Source: Deltaproteobacteria bacterium (lineage in GTDB: Bacteria; Myxococcota_A; Polyangia; Fen-1088). Taken from it: a DNA stretch of 64,000 bases. Shown piece after piece: positions 1 through 8,888 of the stretch. Under the pieces are notes generated by a model that was not told where the DNA came from, searched no databases, and saw only the letters and a program-made list of their open reading frames with translations. How positions within the stretch are numbered: the first letter of the stretch is position 1; every line of letters starts with the position of its first letter. The stretch is from positions 188,493-252,492 of the forward strand of contig JANRKS010000011.1 in NCBI GenBank assembly GCA_033763315.1, given 5' to 3'. Made by a program: the position numbers and the translations under genes.

Positions 1-681
1 CTGCGACAACAAGCGGCGCTGGCGGCGCCGGTGGTACGGGCGCTTTACAACTGGCAGATGGAAACGGTGGTGTCGTCGTTCTACCGCCCGCCGTTGAAGC
101 CGGGTTTGCACAACGTCTCACAGATCGGCGTGCTGTTGCGACCCGAGTTGCTGCGCGTACGCCCGCGCCGTGATGGGTACCTCTTGGTGTATATGCGCAG
201 GCACGCGGCGCCTGGCTTGATGGACGCGCTGACGGCCACGGGAATGAACGTGAAGGTTTATGGCTTGGGGCAAAAGCCACGCGAAGGGAATATCTCGTTT
301 TTGGCCGTTGATGAACGCCGTTTCATGGATGACTTGGCCGGTTGCGAAGCCGTGGTGAGCACGGCCGGCAATCAGTTGGTGGGCGAGGCTTTGTATCTGC
401 GCAAGCCTGTGCTCGCCATTCCCGAACCCCACAATTTCGAGCAAGCCATCAACGGACACTTCCTGCAGGAAAGCGGTGGGGGGCGCGTGCGTTCAGGAAA
501 GATCACCATGCAGGACATGTTCTCCTTCATGGACGACTTGGACATCTTCCGCAGCCGCATCGTGCCTGAATCCGTGTGTGGCAACACGCAGGCGATGCAG
601 GTGATCAACCGGCTGTTGGGGCCGGCGCCAACGCCTACAGTCTTTCCTCACGAAGAGCGGCGGCTCGCATTGGCCGTGTGA
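1..681 (+). CDS. Glycosyltransferase (GT28 C-terminal / MJ1255-like), 5'-truncated by window edge
   Basis: Frame open from base 1; motif LAGCEAVVSTAGNQLVGEALYLRKPVLAIP...FEQAING typical of GT-B C-terminal domain. Confidence 0.8.
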   Translation: MRQQAALAAPVVRALYNWQMETVVSSFYRPPLKPGLHNVSQIGVLLRPELLRVRPRRDGYLLVYMRRHAAPGLMDALTATGMNVKVYGLGQKPREGNISFLAVDERRFMDDLAGCEAVVSTAGNQLVGEALYLRKPVLAIPEPHNFEQAINGHFLQESGGGRVRSGKITMQDMFSFMDDLDIFRSRIVPESVCGNTQAMQVINRLLGPAPTPTVFPHEERRLALAV

Positions 682-1471
682 ACGTCTCGAGCTCCTGGCG
701 CGGTTTCACTTTGTGATCGCGCCACCATTCGGGTTGCTGCACCAGTTGACCGCCGCGGTGTCGAAATAGACGGGCCGCGGCCAGCTCGGTGCTACTGCCC
801 GCGTTGAACAGGTTGAGTGGCCGCGCATGATCCGGAAACAGTGTGAAGGCGCGAGGCTGGTGGCGGTGACCGTGCAAAACTAGATCACAGCGGCCCGCCA
901 AGCGTCGCAGCAGCGTCCAACCAAATTGCAGCTCCGACGTCCAACGCCACCCCAACCAAGAAGAGAGGAGCTCGCCCTTGGTGTCTTCGGGCAAGGGCAG
1001 GGGGTGGTGGTGAAGCAGGAGGATCGCCAGGTGTCCCGTGGGGGCCTCATCTAGGGCGTCGCTTATCTGCTGGATGTCTTCCATCGACATGGAGCCATGA
1101 CCCTCGAGCCATGAACGGTTCTGTGGACCAGTGGAGTCGAACCGCACGACGTATGCGCCGTCAATCAGGCGCGTCTGCACGCGCGGACCGTTTTGAATGT
1201 GAGCCGCCACGTCGTCGCCGTTGCGATCGTGGTTGCCTGGCACGGCCGTGAGGCGGCCACTTTCGATCAAGGGAGCAAAGATCGTTTTGTAGCGTTGCAA
1301 CTCGTCTTTGCGGCCTCGGTTGGTGATGTCGCCGGTGACCACCACATGGTCGATCTGCTCGACGAGCACGCGCGTCACGAAGGCGCGGGCGCGGGTTTCA
1401 TCGGCCGCGCTGCGGCCCAGGTGTAAGTCTGAAAGGTGAAGCAGCGTTGATGTCTTCATCATTGATTTCAT
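635..1471 (-). CDS. Calcineurin-like metallophosphoesterase (CpdA/Icc-like)
   Basis: Motifs SDLHLG, TGDITN, PGNHD, HHHP, HGHRH in canonical order. Confidence 0.88.
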   Translation of the reverse strand: MKSMMKTSTLLHLSDLHLGRSAADETRARAFVTRVLVEQIDHVVVTGDITNRGRKDELQRYKTIFAPLIESGRLTAVPGNHDRNGDDVAAHIQNGPRVQTRLIDGAYVVRFDSTGPQNRSWLEGHGSMSMEDIQQISDALDEAPTGHLAILLLHHHPLPLPEDTKGELLSSWLGWRWTSELQFGWTLLRRLAGRCDLVLHGHRHQPRAFTLFPDHARPLNLFNAGSSTELAAARLFRHRGGQLVQQPEWWRDHKVKPRQELETFTRPMRAAALREERL

Positions 1472-1672
1472 TTCATAATTCGCGCGTGCGTTGCCAAAAT
1501 GGGGGCGACCATGTTGCGGGTTGGCAACATGTTTAGGGCGTCTTAGCGTTTGTCATGCGTTTGCCACGCAATCGATCACGGTTCGCCACACAGACCCTCG
1601 TACATGACATTCGTTACAAAAGCGTCATGAACTGCTCACGCACGTGCCGGTTGACGAAGGTTAAATAGGCGC

Positions 1673-2539
1673 ATGCAAACAGAACTCGCGCTGCCCCAGC
1701 GCCTGTCCGTCTCACGCGGATACTTCACGCCAGCCACGTGGCCTTTTTGGGCCTTTCACATCATCATCATCGCCGGCATCCTCGGCTATGGATGGTCAAC
1801 GAAATGGTTTCTCATCGCTGTGGCCATCTACTTTGCGCGCATGACGTTTGTCACGGCTGCCTACCATCGATATTTTTCTCACCGCGCCTTTAAGACCTCA
1901 CGCGCTTTTCAGTTTGTGCTGGCATTGGCTGCGCAGACGTCGGCGCAAAAGGGCGTGCTGTGGTGGGCGGCACATCATCGCTTCCATCACAAACATTCGG
2001 ACACGCCCCAGGACGCGCATTCAGCAAAACAGCAGGGGTTCTGGCATTCACACATTGGGTGGATCTTGGGGCCGAACTGGGACGACACCGATTACAAGCG
2101 TGTGGCAGATCTGACGCCTTACCGTGAGTTGGTGATCCTCAACCATCCCGCCATCCGCCTGCTTCCCGCGGCGGCGCTCGCCGTGTTGTGTGGGGTTCTC
2201 GGAGGGGCAGAGGGCTTGTTCTGGGGGTTCTTCGTTTCCACAGTGATGCTGTGGCACGGCTCGTTTACCATCAACTCGCTGTCGCATATGTTCGGTACGC
2301 GCCGCTACGACACGCCCGATAACTCGCGCAACAACTGGTTGTTGGCGGTGTTGACGACGGGCGAGGGCTGGCACAACAACCACCACCACTACCAAAGCGC
2401 TGCACGCCAAGGCTTGCGTTGGTGGGAGATCGACACTACGTATTACTTTCTGTGCTTGCTCAGTGGCCTGGGTTTGATCTGGGATCTGCGGCAATACCCC
2501 GCTGAGATGACGGGCGCCCTCACAGACCATAGCGTTTGA
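1673..2539 (+). CDS. Delta-9 type fatty acid (acyl-CoA) desaturase
   Basis: His boxes YHRYFSH, HRFHHKHSD, GEGWHNNHH; hydrophobic segments. Confidence 0.92.
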   Translation: MQTELALPQRLSVSRGYFTPATWPFWAFHIIIIAGILGYGWSTKWFLIAVAIYFARMTFVTAAYHRYFSHRAFKTSRAFQFVLALAAQTSAQKGVLWWAAHHRFHHKHSDTPQDAHSAKQQGFWHSHIGWILGPNWDDTDYKRVADLTPYRELVILNHPAIRLLPAAALAVLCGVLGGAEGLFWGFFVSTVMLWHGSFTINSLSHMFGTRRYDTPDNSRNNWLLAVLTTGEGWHNNHHHYQSAARQGLRWWEIDTTYYFLCLLSGLGLIWDLRQYPAEMTGALTDHSV

Positions 2540-3491
2540 GCTTCTCGTAAAGTGTGGAGGCCGCGATGCCCAGCACGCGCGCGGCCTGCACTTTGTTGCC
2601 GCGTGTCTGCAGCAGGGTTTGACGGATCGCTGTGCGCTCCAGGGCGTCGAGGCTTTGTCCTGCCAAGGGCAGTCGATCCAGAGGGTTGAGGTCGGCCGTG
2701 GACTCCACAAACTTGATGTGATGTGGTTCCAGCACGGCATGGTCGGCGAATGCCAAGGCGTAGGCCAATGTGTTTTTCAGCTCGCGCACGTTGCCGGGCC
2801 ACATATGGGACGCAAGCACGTCGTAAGTCTCTTGCGGCACCTTCATGTGCGGTTGACCAAGATCGCTCAACAGACGATCCACGAGGAGCGGCAAGTCTTC
2901 GAGGCGCTCACGCAGCGGAGGCAGGTGCAAAACGGCGGCAGCCAGTCGAAAGTAGAGATCTTGCCGAAACAGCTTGGTGCTGACTTGGCTGGCGAGGTCT
3001 CTGTTGGTGGCGGCCACGATGCGCACGTCAATGTGCCTGTCTTTCGTGCCACCCACACGGCGGACCGACCGGTTGTCGAGCACGCGCAGCAGCCGCGGTT
3101 GCAAATCAAGCGGTAGCTCGCCGATTTCGTCGAGGAACAGCGTTCCCCCTTGGGCGCTTTCGAAGGCGCCCGCGTGCTCGGCATGCGCGCCCGTAAACGC
3201 GCCCTTTTCGTGGCCGAACAATTCGCTCTCAATCAGGTTGGGAGGCACGGCCCCGCAATCGAACACAGTGAAGGGGCCGGCGGCGCGTTTGCTTTTGTCG
3301 TGAATGGCGTGCGCGAAGACATCTTTGCCTGCGCCGGTTTCGCCCAGAATTGTGACCGTGACGTCGCTTACGGCCAGGCGATCCACTAAATCGAAGACGG
3401 CGTGCATCTGCGGCGAGACGGCCGAGAGGTTGCCCAAGTATCGAGTGTCGCGCGGACGGTTTCTCACGAGCTTTTGAGGGGACACATCCAT
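2520..3491 (-). CDS. Sigma54-dependent enhancer-binding protein without N-terminal sensory domain (AAA+ and Fis HTH)
   Basis: [35 protein letters not shown]-terminal HTH; start taken at ATG 3491 (ORF-track extension to 3626 looks non-coding). Confidence 0.88.
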   Translation of the reverse strand: MDVSPQKLVRNRPRDTRYLGNLSAVSPQMHAVFDLVDRLAVSDVTVTILGETGAGKDVFAHAIHDKSKRAAGPFTVFDCGAVPPNLIESELFGHEKGAFTGAHAEHAGAFESAQGGTLFLDEIGELPLDLQPRLLRVLDNRSVRRVGGTKDRHIDVRIVAATNRDLASQVSTKLFRQDLYFRLAAAVLHLPPLRERLEDLPLLVDRLLSDLGQPHMKVPQETYDVLASHMWPGNVRELKNTLAYALAFADHAVLEPHHIKFVESTADLNPLDRLPLAGQSLDALERTAIRQTLLQTRGNKVQAARVLGIAASTLYEKLKRYGL

Positions 3492-3633
3492 GGGGCGGCT
3501 TTGCCTATAGCGCGCCAACATCCTGTAAATGTGACGTTTCGGCGCCTGGCAAGAAGCGTTTTGTTCGCCGTCTCGTGACATTGGGGGACCGTGCCGTGGG
3601 GTATACGGCTGTCCCAACCACACCAAGCATCAC

Positions 3634-4215
3634 GTGCGCCGCCTGAAAAACATAATATCGAGCGTGAGCGCCCCTGCCGTGCTGGCCGCCGTCGTGATGG
3701 TGTCCGCGTGCGGCCGTGAGGACGACACGCGGCCACCTGAGTGGGATTACATCTCGGCTGCGGTGTTTCAGCCCAACTGCGCAACAGCCAGCTGTCATAG
3801 CCGGGCCACGGCCGCAGCGGGTTTAGACTTTTCAGATGCCGATCGCGGCTACACAAGCCTGACGGGTTTGTGGATTTGGATCGTGGATCCCAACGCCATG
3901 GGGCCCGGATGCCGACCTCACAATGGGACTGACATCTGTGAGCGTGGCGACCGCCCGCTGGTCACGCCCTATGTGCCTTCGCAATCTCGCCTGGTGAACT
4001 CTTTGCGCGCGCGTGGCTCGTCCCGCATGCCGCCGGATCGGCCTTTGACCGAAGCGGATATCGCGCTGGTGGAGAGATGGATATTAAATGGTGCCTTCCG
4101 CGAGCCCGCCCTCGTACGCGCGCGGAGAGATGGCGGGGCTGCGGACGCGGCAGACGGAACAGCTGACGCCGATGCAGGCGTCGGTCCGGCCAACGATGCG
4201 CAAGGTGGAGGCTAA
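3634..4215 (+). CDS. Lipoprotein, probable c-type cytochrome with CX4CH motif
   Basis: Lipobox VSAC; CATASCH; downstream RMPP and ERWILNGA as in Planctomycete-type monoheme cytochrome domains. Confidence 0.65.
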   Translation: MRRLKNIISSVSAPAVLAAVVMVSACGREDDTRPPEWDYISAAVFQPNCATASCHSRATAAAGLDFSDADRGYTSLTGLWIWIVDPNAMGPGCRPHNGTDICERGDRPLVTPYVPSQSRLVNSLRARGSSRMPPDRPLTEADIALVERWILNGAFREPALVRARRDGGAADAADGTADADAGVGPANDAQGGG

Positions 4216-4216
4216 C

Positions 4217-5389
4217 GTGAACTGCCTTGGTATGGCGCTGCGCTTTGGGCTGTCATTGTTGATGGCTTTGGTGGCCGTGGTGGCCACGAGCCGCGTTGCT
4301 CACGCCTACGCTCAATGGCAGTTCTCAAGCGGCACTGTGCGATGCAACCAGTGCCACTATGCGCCGGCTGGAGGCGGTTTGCTTCGGGGCTATGGCCGGG
4401 ATGCCAACGGCGAAGAGCTTTCCACGTTTGAGGGCGATGGCAGCTTTCTTCACGGCGCTGTGGCGTTGCCATCGTGGTTGGCGTTGGGGGCAGACATCCG
4501 CGGCGCTTTTGTGGCCCACAACGCGCAAGATCCGAACGGAACCAAGCTGGCCGTTTTCCCAATGCAGTTCGACCTGCTGGGGCGGGTGGCGTTGCCCTTT
4601 GATATATCGTTTCAAGCCTCGGCCGGCATTAGAGGCCGTGTGAGAGACGATTCGCAGGAAATTCCCACACAGAATTATCAGCCCATTACTGCGTCGTGGC
4701 TGGTGTCGCGTGAACACTTCTTCATGTGGCAACCTGCCGCCGTCGGCCCCTATGTGAGGCTCGGTCGCTTCTTCGCGCCTTACGGCTTGCGGATGGCGGA
4801 GCACATCCTTTACGTGCGACGCGACCTTGGCTTCAACCAGCTGATGGAGTCCTACAATCTATCGGCGGGCGCTGTGTACGACGCTTGGGAACTGCATGTC
4901 ACAGGCTTTTTGCCCGATTTCGCCCGGCACATCGGCAGTGATGAAGGCGGCGTGGCGGCTTTGTTCGAGCGCCGCATTTTGAACGACCATGGTTCGATTG
5001 GTCTGCAAGGCAAGTACGGCAATGGTCCCGGCATCGAGCGCACCATGGCTGGCGTGGTGGGGAAGCTCCACATGCCGTCGCTGCGCACGATGTTGTTGGC
5101 GGAGGCCAACCTCGTTCACCAAGAGCTTTCCGTTGTGGGCGGCAGCAACCAGTTCGTGGGGGCGGCAGGCTTTGCCTCCTTCCCCACGCGTGGCTTGGTG
5201 CTCACGGTGCTGGGCGAGCGAAATCATCAAGACATCGCCATCAAGGGCACCGCGTGGAACGCGGGCACAGTGTTGCTGGGTTGGTTCCCGTACCCGCATT
5301 TTGAGGTGGCGGCGATGGGGCGGCTGCAGTTTCCGGAAGGCCAGGACACCACGCAGACCTTCTTGTTTCAGATCCACTATTTTCTGTGA
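4217..5389 (+). CDS. Monoheme cytochrome c-porin fusion (Cyc2-like architecture)
   Basis: GGAGG before GTG 4217; signal peptide ending AHA; CNQCH near mature N-terminus followed by GGGLLRGYGR; beta-strand pattern; C-terminal FLFQIHYFL. Confidence 0.7.
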   Translation: MNCLGMALRFGLSLLMALVAVVATSRVAHAYAQWQFSSGTVRCNQCHYAPAGGGLLRGYGRDANGEELSTFEGDGSFLHGAVALPSWLALGADIRGAFVAHNAQDPNGTKLAVFPMQFDLLGRVALPFDISFQASAGIRGRVRDDSQEIPTQNYQPITASWLVSREHFFMWQPAAVGPYVRLGRFFAPYGLRMAEHILYVRRDLGFNQLMESYNLSAGAVYDAWELHVTGFLPDFARHIGSDEGGVAALFERRILNDHGSIGLQGKYGNGPGIERTMAGVVGKLHMPSLRTMLLAEANLVHQELSVVGGSNQFVGAAGFASFPTRGLVLTVLGERNHQDIAIKGTAWNAGTVLLGWFPYPHFEVAAMGRLQFPEGQDTTQTFLFQIHYFL

Positions 5390-6084
5390 GGACCATGCGA
5401 GCGCTTTTCTTCACAACCCCCTTATTCGCGCTGCTTTCTGGAGCTTGCACGCCTCCTCCTGATGCGGAAGCGAACCCCACGTGGGCTGATGTCGAGCCGA
5501 TTCTGCGCGGGCAATGCAATTACTGCCATGGCGCGACCGCGCAGAAGACGGGCTCTATCGGGTCGGCGGTTTATCGCCTGGACTTTTATGACCTGGAGAG
5601 TTGCGGCGACGCCGCCTTCGCAATGAGCAACAAAGCACTCGCGCAGGCCTCGGCTTCCTTGTTCACAAGCGATCTGACGATTCCACCCACGGGCGATCGG
5701 CCTCGTATGCCTCCAGCACCCGCCGTGGCCTTGGAAGACTGGCAGCGTGAAACTCTATTGAAATGGGCGAAGAACCCCGTCAAGGGCCCGCCACCCGCGG
5801 ACAATAAACCGCCGTTTATGCAGGTGCAGAAGCTGCCGGTGAGCGCTGATCGGTCGCTGTCTTTCACCGCGGTCACAGATGATCCCGATGGACACTCTGT
5901 TGTGGGGGTGATTCGCGTGGCAAACGCGCTGTTCCGTATGGATCGTTCGGGCTCGTTCGCCGTGAACATTGACGCTTCAGCCTGGCCCGAAGGTTCACAA
6001 CGTATCACGGCCACGCTGTGCGACGGCTGGACGCAAGCACAGTTCGACTTGGGGCAAGTGGTCATCAAGCACAGCGGCCGCTAG
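5386..6084 (+). CDS. Monoheme c-type cytochrome lipoprotein with C-terminal Ig-like domain
   Basis: Lipobox LSGAC; PTWADVEPILRGQCNYCH; RMPP; GTGA overlap with upstream stop. Confidence 0.75.
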   Translation: MRTMRALFFTTPLFALLSGACTPPPDAEANPTWADVEPILRGQCNYCHGATAQKTGSIGSAVYRLDFYDLESCGDAAFAMSNKALAQASASLFTSDLTIPPTGDRPRMPPAPAVALEDWQRETLLKWAKNPVKGPPPADNKPPFMQVQKLPVSADRSLSFTAVTDDPDGHSVVGVIRVANALFRMDRSGSFAVNIDASAWPEGSQRITATLCDGWTQAQFDLGQVVIKHSGR

Positions 6085-6719
6085 GGCGAGGGCAGGGCGG
6101 TCCGCAAGATCACGTTGTCGAACAGCGCCGGTGTCGTGTTGTCGACGTCTGTGCTGACGGTGGCCAGCTGGGCGCGCACAGACCGCGACGCCGTTGGTGA
6201 CAACGCGTGCATAGAAAGTGTTTCCCACAGCTTGGAGCCAGACACGCTGGGTGATGTGAACCTCTCCAGGCTCCGGCCACCACACGCTTGCCCATCAAAG
6301 AATTCAAGACTGATCGCGGCGCGGGCAGAGCTAGAGGCCAAGCGCACGCTTGCCAGCAATTGGTAGGGGGCGGCGGACTGTGCGGGCACGCATTGCCACG
6401 ACCCTGTGGTGGATATGGCGGCGTCCGCAAACGTTTGACTTGCGCCTTCGTCAGCGGTCCAACCTTGCAGGTCGTCTCTGAAACTGAAGTTGCTTAGCAA
6501 CGAGGTTTCCGCTCGCTCAACGGGCTCCTTTTGCCACGCCAATGCCTGTGGCGAAGGAACCGCGTTTGAATCAAAAATACCTTCGACCTTCACAAGAATC
6601 TCGCAGTTTGCACAACTGCCCACCCGCTGTACGGTGCCCCAGTCATAGCCGCAGGCCATCGCCGATGTGGCGGCAACAAAGACCCCAAAGGCCTGCCGGG
6701 CGAAAGAGCTAAGACACAT
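6081..6719 (-). CDS. Lipoprotein with carbohydrate-binding-module-like (CBM4/9-like) domain
   Basis: Lipobox AMAC; C-terminal domain (N.SF...WT...QCV...LFDNV.L) shared with 19392..21437 and 26954..28213. Confidence 0.6.
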   Translation of the reverse strand: MCLSSFARQAFGVFVAATSAMACGYDWGTVQRVGSCANCEILVKVEGIFDSNAVPSPQALAWQKEPVERAETSLLSNFSFRDDLQGWTADEGASQTFADAAISTTGSWQCVPAQSAAPYQLLASVRLASSSARAAISLEFFDGQACGGRSLERFTSPSVSGSKLWETLSMHALSPTASRSVRAQLATVSTDVDNTTPALFDNVILRTALPSP

Positions 6720-6795
6720 GTTGGGCGCGCTCCCTTAGCTTAGTTGACCTCGGGTGAATTGAAACAGTGCGGTTTGCCTGCAACACAATCGTCAC

Positions 6796-6837
6796 AAAAG
6801 CAAAACGCCCGCCCTCCCGAAGGAAAGCCGGCGCCTT
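6796..6837 (-). terminator. Rho-independent terminator after the Cys-rich lipoprotein gene
   Basis: Minus strand GGCGCCGGCTTTCC-TTCG-GGAGGGCGGGCGTT followed by TTGCTTTT. Confidence 0.75.
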
Positions 6838-6854
6838 ACTAACCGATCAGCTGG

Positions 6855-8372
6855 TTACAGCGTGCACTGCGCGGAGCAGGAAGCGCCGTCGCAGAAGATC
6901 AGGTTTGTACCGCCACCGATGGGGAAGCCTGGGTCGCGGAAGCGAGTGCCAACGTCCGTTGCTTGACGTTCAGCGCACACGCCGTCGGCGATTTCGGCCG
7001 CGGTGCAGGGCTCGAGCTCAGCAGCGGCTTCAGCTTGGGCCTTGCAGAGGCCGTTGCCGTTGCCACCCAAGCACTGGCTGTCACTGCGTGTACCGCAGTA
7101 GCACTTTTGTGGGTCGGTGCCGCCAGCGGAGCACTTGGTTGTACGGATGCAGGCCACCCAAGCTTCGCAAGCTGCCTTGCGAGCGCCGGTGTAAAGGCCA
7201 CAACCCGCCGTGTTGGCATCGCAGCTCGTGGCTTCGCAGGCAACGCAGAGATCGATCGTCTTGCAAGCCGTGGTGCAGGTCGCGCTGCCAGCAGGACCGG
7301 CATCGCACTCTTCACCGTCGTCAACAACGCTGTCGCCGCAAACGGGGATCTTGGGGAACTTGCAGGTTGCGGAGCAGACGCCGCCAGCCACAGGCGAGCC
7401 GGGAGGATCGCATTGCTCGCCAGGTTGAACCAAGCTGTTGCCACAGGCCACAGGAATAACTTGGCAGGTCGCCGAGCAGGTGTTTTCGCCACCCGAGGTC
7501 GCATTGGGTGGGTCGCAGCCTTCGCCCGCTTCCAACTTACCATTGCCGCAAACTGGAATGATTTGGCAATCAGCGTTGCAGCTCACGCCGTTGGTCACAA
7601 CGCCTGGAGGCTCACATTGCTCGCCCAGGTTCGTCTCAAGCACACCGTTGCCACAGCTCAAAGCCACACAGTTCACGTCCACAGAGGCCGTGGTGGTGCA
7701 CTTGCTGTCGGAAACTGAAACCGTCAACGTCTTCAGACCACCCGAGGTGCAGGTGAACTTCGTGGAAGCGGCGCCGGCTGCTTCGAATGTGCCACCCGTC
7801 CAGGCGAACACCAGCGTGTCGGTTGCGTCCAAGTCGGAGGCCGTGGCGCCAACCGAGATCTTGCCGCCCACGGACACAGCCTGAGGAGCCACAACCTGCG
7901 AGGTGATGGCTGGGCAGTTGTTCGTGGAGCCGGTAATCGCAACGTTGCCCGAGGTCACTTCGGCGCGGCATTGCAATTGAACGGAAACCAACGTGGTCTT
8001 TCCGGCTTCAACGCCGAAGGTGGCTTGACCACCGCAGGTCGTCTTGCCGTCCGTGGACTTGGCCGTCAGGTCCATCACGTACCCTGTGCCGGCAGGAATG
8101 CCGCCCACGAAGAACGTCAAGGTGGCGCCGGGATCGCTTACGTCAACGCTGCCCGCGATGGGCGCGCCGAGCGGAGGAACGCCGCCCGAGATTGAGTAGT
8201 CAACGCTGTTAACGTTAACACCATTGGAAAGCTTCAAAGCCATGCTCAGCACGCCCGTTGCGGGAGCGCCTTGGTTCTTGTCTTTGTCGCTGGAACAGTT
8301 GACGACTGCGGCTGCCGAAACGACACCCGCGATCGCCAGAAACATTGCCTTCTTGGCTGTTGTCTGGAACAT
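6855..8372 (-). CDS. Cys-rich modular surface lipoprotein with myxobacterial Cys-rich (DUF4215-type) repeats
   Basis: GAGGAGG RBS before ATG 8372; lipobox VVNC; four CG(N/D)xxxxxGExC repeats; beta-sandwich, Ig-like and C-terminal Cys-rich modules. Confidence 0.85.
   Translation of the reverse strand: MFQTTAKKAMFLAIAGVVSAAAVVNCSSDKDKNQGAPATGVLSMALKLSNGVNVNSVDYSISGGVPPLGAPIAGSVDVSDPGATLTFFVGGIPAGTGYVMDLTAKSTDGKTTCGGQATFGVEAGKTTLVSVQLQCRAEVTSGNVAITGSTNNCPAITSQVVAPQAVSVGGKISVGATASDLDATDTLVFAWTGGTFEAAGAASTKFTCTSGGLKTLTVSVSDSKCTTTASVDVNCVALSCGNGVLETNLGEQCEPPGVVTNGVSCNADCQIIPVCGNGKLEAGEGCDPPNATSGGENTCSATCQVIPVACGNSLVQPGEQCDPPGSPVAGGVCSATCKFPKIPVCGDSVVDDGEECDAGPAGSATCTTACKTIDLCVACEATSCDANTAGCGLYTGARKAACEAWVACIRTTKCSAGGTDPQKCYCGTRSDSQCLGGNGNGLCKAQAEAAAELEPCTAAEIADGVCAERQATDVGTRFRDPGFPIGGGTNLIFCDGASCSAQCTL
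7260..7658 (-). repeat. Four in-frame myxobacterial Cys-rich repeats
   Basis: CGNGVLE..GEQC, CGNGKLEAGEGC, CGNSLVQPGEQC, CGDSVVDDGEEC. Confidence 0.8.
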
Positions 8373-8455
8373 CGAAATCCTCCTCAAAAAGAACTTTACT
8401 GAAAGGTTGGTAGTGACACTGGTGCACGGAACGCGCTGCCAGCAACACCCGCCCT

Positions 8456-8471
8456 ATCAAGGAGCGAGCCA
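8456..8471 (-). promoter_or_regulatory. Putative sigma54 -24/-12 promoter (TGGC-N7-TTGA variant)
   Basis: Minus strand TGGCTCGCTCCTTGAT, ~85 bp upstream of ATG 8372; same variant at 21495..21510. Confidence 0.55.
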
Positions 8472-8591
8472 AACAGGGTGTGGTCGTGAAGTTGTAACGA
8501 AGTGCCACGCAGACATTGGACTTCACAGGGAATGCACTTCGATTTGTGACGGTTGATTGCGTGCAAAACGAGAGTTGTGGCGCCTCACGTC

Positions 8592-8685
8592 TCCGGATTC
8601 CGGTGATGTGCATTCGAAAGCTGGAAACCTTTGGCGTCGTCTGGGCCGCCCTACAGAAATCGAACGAGACCCTTCGATAATCGAA
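8592..8685. promoter_or_regulatory. Two pairs of 13-bp imperfect palindromes, putative enhancer (UAS) sites
   Basis: TCCGGATTCCGGT (8592), TTCGAAAGCTGGA (8613), TACAGAAATCGAA (8652), TTCGATAATCGAA (8673); 21-bp spacing within each pair. Confidence 0.5.
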
Positions 8686-8805
8686 CGATCCGTAAGCAAC
8701 ATTCGTGTGCCACACCCGATGCCGATGTCGCGAAACCAGCGTCATGTCGAGCAAGGGTTGGGGTGCACCCATAGTTTTTTAACAATCGTGTGCCTACGCC
8801 TCTGT

Positions 8806-8821
8806 TGGCCCAGTCCTTGTT
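8806..8821 (+). promoter_or_regulatory. Possible sigma54 promoter for the PstS-like gene
   Basis: TGGCCCAGTCCTTGTT: correct spacing but non-canonical -12 (GT). Confidence 0.35.
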
Positions 8822-8888
8822 ACGGGGCTTGGTTGGGAATCCCACAAGCGGTTCCCCCAATTCGACCAAACTCACCGGAGGAGATGTT

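Noticed and set aside
3502-3517. TGGCGCGCTATAGGCA upstream of the first activator gene
   Set aside because: Correct spacing but poor -12 context, only about 10 bp from the ATG and no UAS pair nearby; too weak to call
8696-8712. TGGCACACGAATGTTGC on the minus strand as sigma54 promoter
   Set aside because: Spacing is GG-N12-GC; sigma54 requires N10
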